A stretch of DNA of 64,000 bases from Squalus acanthias (lineage: Eukaryota): NCBI GenBank assembly GCA_030390025.1, contig CM059432.1:90274001-90338000 (forward strand). The letters run 5' to 3'. Shown piece after piece: positions 60,800 through 64,000 of this stretch. Each line of letters starts with the position of its first letter. Position 1 is the stretch's first letter. The translations under genes were made by a program, and so were the position numbers. Under the pieces are notes generated by a model that made no database searches, had not been told where the DNA came from, and saw only the letters and a list, made by a program, of their open reading frames with translations.

Positions 60800-63700
60800 T
60801 GAATGGTGTACTCTGAGCAAGGGCAGCACCTAGATTTAATGATGCCTCGCTGGAATTACTGCTGGGTGCAGTCAGCAGGAGGAGGGAGGGGACATACTTT
60901 TCCCCAGCAATGGGATGAAGAAAGCTGCTGCTCTCACCAAGAAGGTGTGTTTGGAGGTAGCTGAGGAGGTGAGCAGCAGCAGCGTTATGCCCAGGTCATG
61001 GGTGCAGTGTAGAAAGTGGTTTAATGACCTAACCAGGTCAGGATAAGTGAATACATTTGATGATTCAACTACATTCTGTGCTTTAAGCCCGCTCCCTTTC
61101 ACTCCGTCTTGCTAAGTGTTCTCCATCACATCACTCCTCACACCCATTCAACTTTCAGCAGCATCCAGCCTTCACTTTCTATGCATTTCATCATCGCCCC
61201 ATTTATCTATCTACCGTGGACACTTACCTTCACTCACTCACAGGTCTGTTTTTTCGCTCCTTGTAGGAGAAGAGAATGCAAAACGCAAGGGAGAGGAGAG
61301 GACTGGAGATCGGCCACCACAAATAGTACAGCTCACAGAGGAGGACACCCTAGAGGTAAGTGGCACATCTGCATCCCTCTCAGTTGAAGATGGAGAGACA
61401 GGGAGCTCGAAGAAAGCTAGTGACAGAATTACAAGTATTTCTGATACACATGTGCTGACTTCATTTCATCAATGACTGAACTAAGAACATAAGAAATAGG
61501 AGCAGGAGTAGGCCATACGGCCCCTCAAGCCTGCTCCGCCATTCAATAAGATCATGGCTGATCTTCGACCTCAACTCCACTTTCCCACCCGATCCCCATA
61601 TTCCTTGATTCCCCTAGAGTCCAAAAATCTATCTATCTCAGCCTTGAATATACTCAATGACTCAGCATTCACAGCCCTTTGGGGTAGAGAATTCCAAAGA
61701 TTCACAACCCTCTGAGTGAAGAAATTCCTCCTCATCTCAGTCTTAAATGGCCGACCCCTTATCCTGAGACTATGCCCCTAGTTCTAGACTCTCCAGCCAG
61801 GGGAAACAACCTCTCAGCAACTATCCTGTCAATTCCCCTCAGAATCATATATGTTTCAATGAGATCACCTCTCATTCTTCTAAACTCCAGAGAGTATAGG
61901 CCCAATCTACTCAATCTCTCCCTATAGGACAACCCTCTCATTCCAGGGATCAATCTAGTGAACCTTCGTTGCGCTGCCTCTAAGGCATGTATGTCCTTTC
62001 TCAGATAAGGAGATCAAAAGTGTGCACAGTACTCCAGGTGTGGTCTCATCAAAGCCCTGTACAATTGAACTATAAGAATACTGAATATGGTGATTGTCAA
62101 GATTGTGACTTAGCCACAACGAAATAATATCTCTTTCTTTGTCTTCCAGGGCCTTCACGCGCACAGCAAGTGTCGCAGGACATCTATGAGGACGATTCCT
62201 CAGAAGACCTCATTCCTTCTGAGGGTGCACCATCACAGGACCTACAGCATGCACCAACACAGATACTTTCACTTTGGTAGGTCCACTTAGACAGTTAGTT
62301 GGGTTTTAATCTGGTGATTCGCACCTCACAAGTGAGCACAAGCAGACACTGGTGGCAGAAACAGCTGTGGAGAGTCCGCTTCAGGGGATGCAATCCTCTC
62401 CAAGCTCTACTCAGCTGGACACAGATGCTGAACCCTGGGGGCTTTCATTGAGAAGGAGAATACTAGAGGTGCATCAGTAATTTAGCCAGGTACTGACAGA
62501 CATGCCACGCACTCTCTCCACAATAACAGAGAAGATAGAGGAGTCCAACTCGATCACTAGTGGATTGCTGGTGCAGTGAATTGCAAGAATGTCTGCCATG
62601 GAGAGAGAGTCCGCTCCCTTGGAGCTTCAAGCAAGGCTCTCAAATGAGTCTATGCAGGCCATGACCACAGATGTGCAGACTTTGGATGCCAACTTGTCTG
62701 CCGCCTTAAACATGATGACAGATACCTTATCCATGGCCTTATAACATTTCACTGATCTTCACCAATCTGGTCTGCAGCAGAGTGGTAGGAGTGATGTGGC
62801 GCTGATTAGAGATAGGGATGATGGCGAAAGGGGACATGGAAGTGGGAACTCCACTCAAAGCGCTCCCACTTCTCACCTGTTGCTCCCCTTCCCAGCCAGT
62901 ACCTGACATGCTGCCTCGTCACCCAATGGCCAAATCTGCCCCTGCACAGGTGTAGGTGGAGCAGTCTTTTTGGGGTGCTCAGGGGCTACAAAACCAAGAG
63001 GTCATAGGTCAAAAACATCTCAGCAGTCAAGGTAGGGATCTGAACAGCCTGCCCGTACCTCTGCTGAAGCCACACGGGATGCACCACGTAGAAGCGGTAG
63101 GAAGCGTAAGTTGAAGAAATTGTAATTCACCAAGGGTATGCACATGGGTGTTTGACAAAATGTTATGTTGTTGATTCCTTTTTTTTTTATAATGCTGCAC
63201 AAAATTTAAAGATTTGCACCATTCCACATCTTGCCCATTCTTGCATCCCGAGGGCCAACTCATCCTTTCACTTATTTCATGATGAATGTCAATACATGCT
63301 GGGATCCATTGGGTGGTTGTGCAATGGGTGGATGAGTGGTTAAAGCACTGTTTAATGGAAAGGGAGAAGACGGTTGGTGCTGGTGGTGGAAGCGGACCGT
63401 AGGATTTCATTTCTTACGTTTCACGCTAGGTGAACCTTTGCAATATTAGGGCATCCCTGGCATCCCAGGCAGCAATGTAAGCAGCTGGTCTGGCAATGGA
63501 TGCCCCATCTTCATCCTCCTGCTCCTCCTCCTCCATGTTTTCCTCATCTGAAGATGAGTGATAAGCCCCTTTTTCCTCCTTTACCTGCAAACCTCCCTCC
63601 TGTGGACCTCTCTACTGTGCACATGCTGATCCCACCACAGCACGTTGTCACGGCCGTTGATGGTGATGGTTTTCCTCTTCTGATGTGTTGTCAAACACAT

Positions 63701-63900
63701 CCAAGGCACCTCCCATCCTGATCTTATCAATTTGAAATCCTCCAAGGTGGAAAAAAGCTGTATCCAAGGACACTCTGCCAGACATTTGCCAGAGGGAACT
63801 GAGACAGCAGCTGCAATTAGTGAGGTTTTATTCAGATGGGACAATGACAAGAATAAATACCCACTTGAACTGCTGCTCAAAGTTGCCTCTGTTTCCCTTG
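60800..63900. mobile_element. Harbinger copy with 3-exon Myb/SANT pseudogene (+, ~60810-63125) and decayed transposase (-, ~63400-63850)
   Basis: AAPRFNDASLELLLGAV..EVAEEVS..RSWVQCRKWFNDL. Acceptors CCTTGTAG (61266) and TCTTCCAG (62149). Ends PRRSGRKRKLKKL*. Confidence 0.75.
61483..62068 (-). mobile_element. CR1 3' fragment in Myb intron 2
   Basis: RLGLYSLEFRRMRGDLIE and tail TAAGAACATAAGAAATAGGAGCAGG. Confidence 0.92.
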
Positions 63901-64000
63901 TCAGTTTCCTGAGCCCCAGGAAACCCATGCTGCTGAAGTAAAATTTGGAGCCAAGTTAAAAACAATTTAAAAATACCCCATTAACATCTCCTAAGTACGT

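Overview
Eukaryotic, almost entirely transposon-derived DNA. The repeat repertoire (CR1 LINEs with esterase ORF1, L2 tails, DeuSINE-like SINEs, Penelope, Harbinger) suggests a cartilaginous fish; this is inference. No host protein-coding exon could be supported. Contents: several nested CR1 LINEs; at least three two-gene PIF/Harbinger DNA transposons (spliced Myb/SANT gene convergent with a HARBI1-type DDE transposase) plus many Harbinger MITEs; Penelope fragments carrying minimal hammerhead ribozymes; a solo LTR; and a 6.9 kb provirus (42146-49056) with DSG protease, YVDD RT, tether plus second RNase H, integrase and an env C-terminal remnant, resembling lokiretroviruses or spuma-related retroviruses. 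The strongest candidate for an undescribed system is a second LINE family (4 copies; near full-length at 23535-26900). It has a tRNA-derived Pol III promoter head, no ORF1, and an APE-RT ORF whose sense strand contains no TTTT Pol III terminator in any copy, as expected for an autonomous LINE transcribed by RNA polymerase III. All calls were made by eye; no searches were run.
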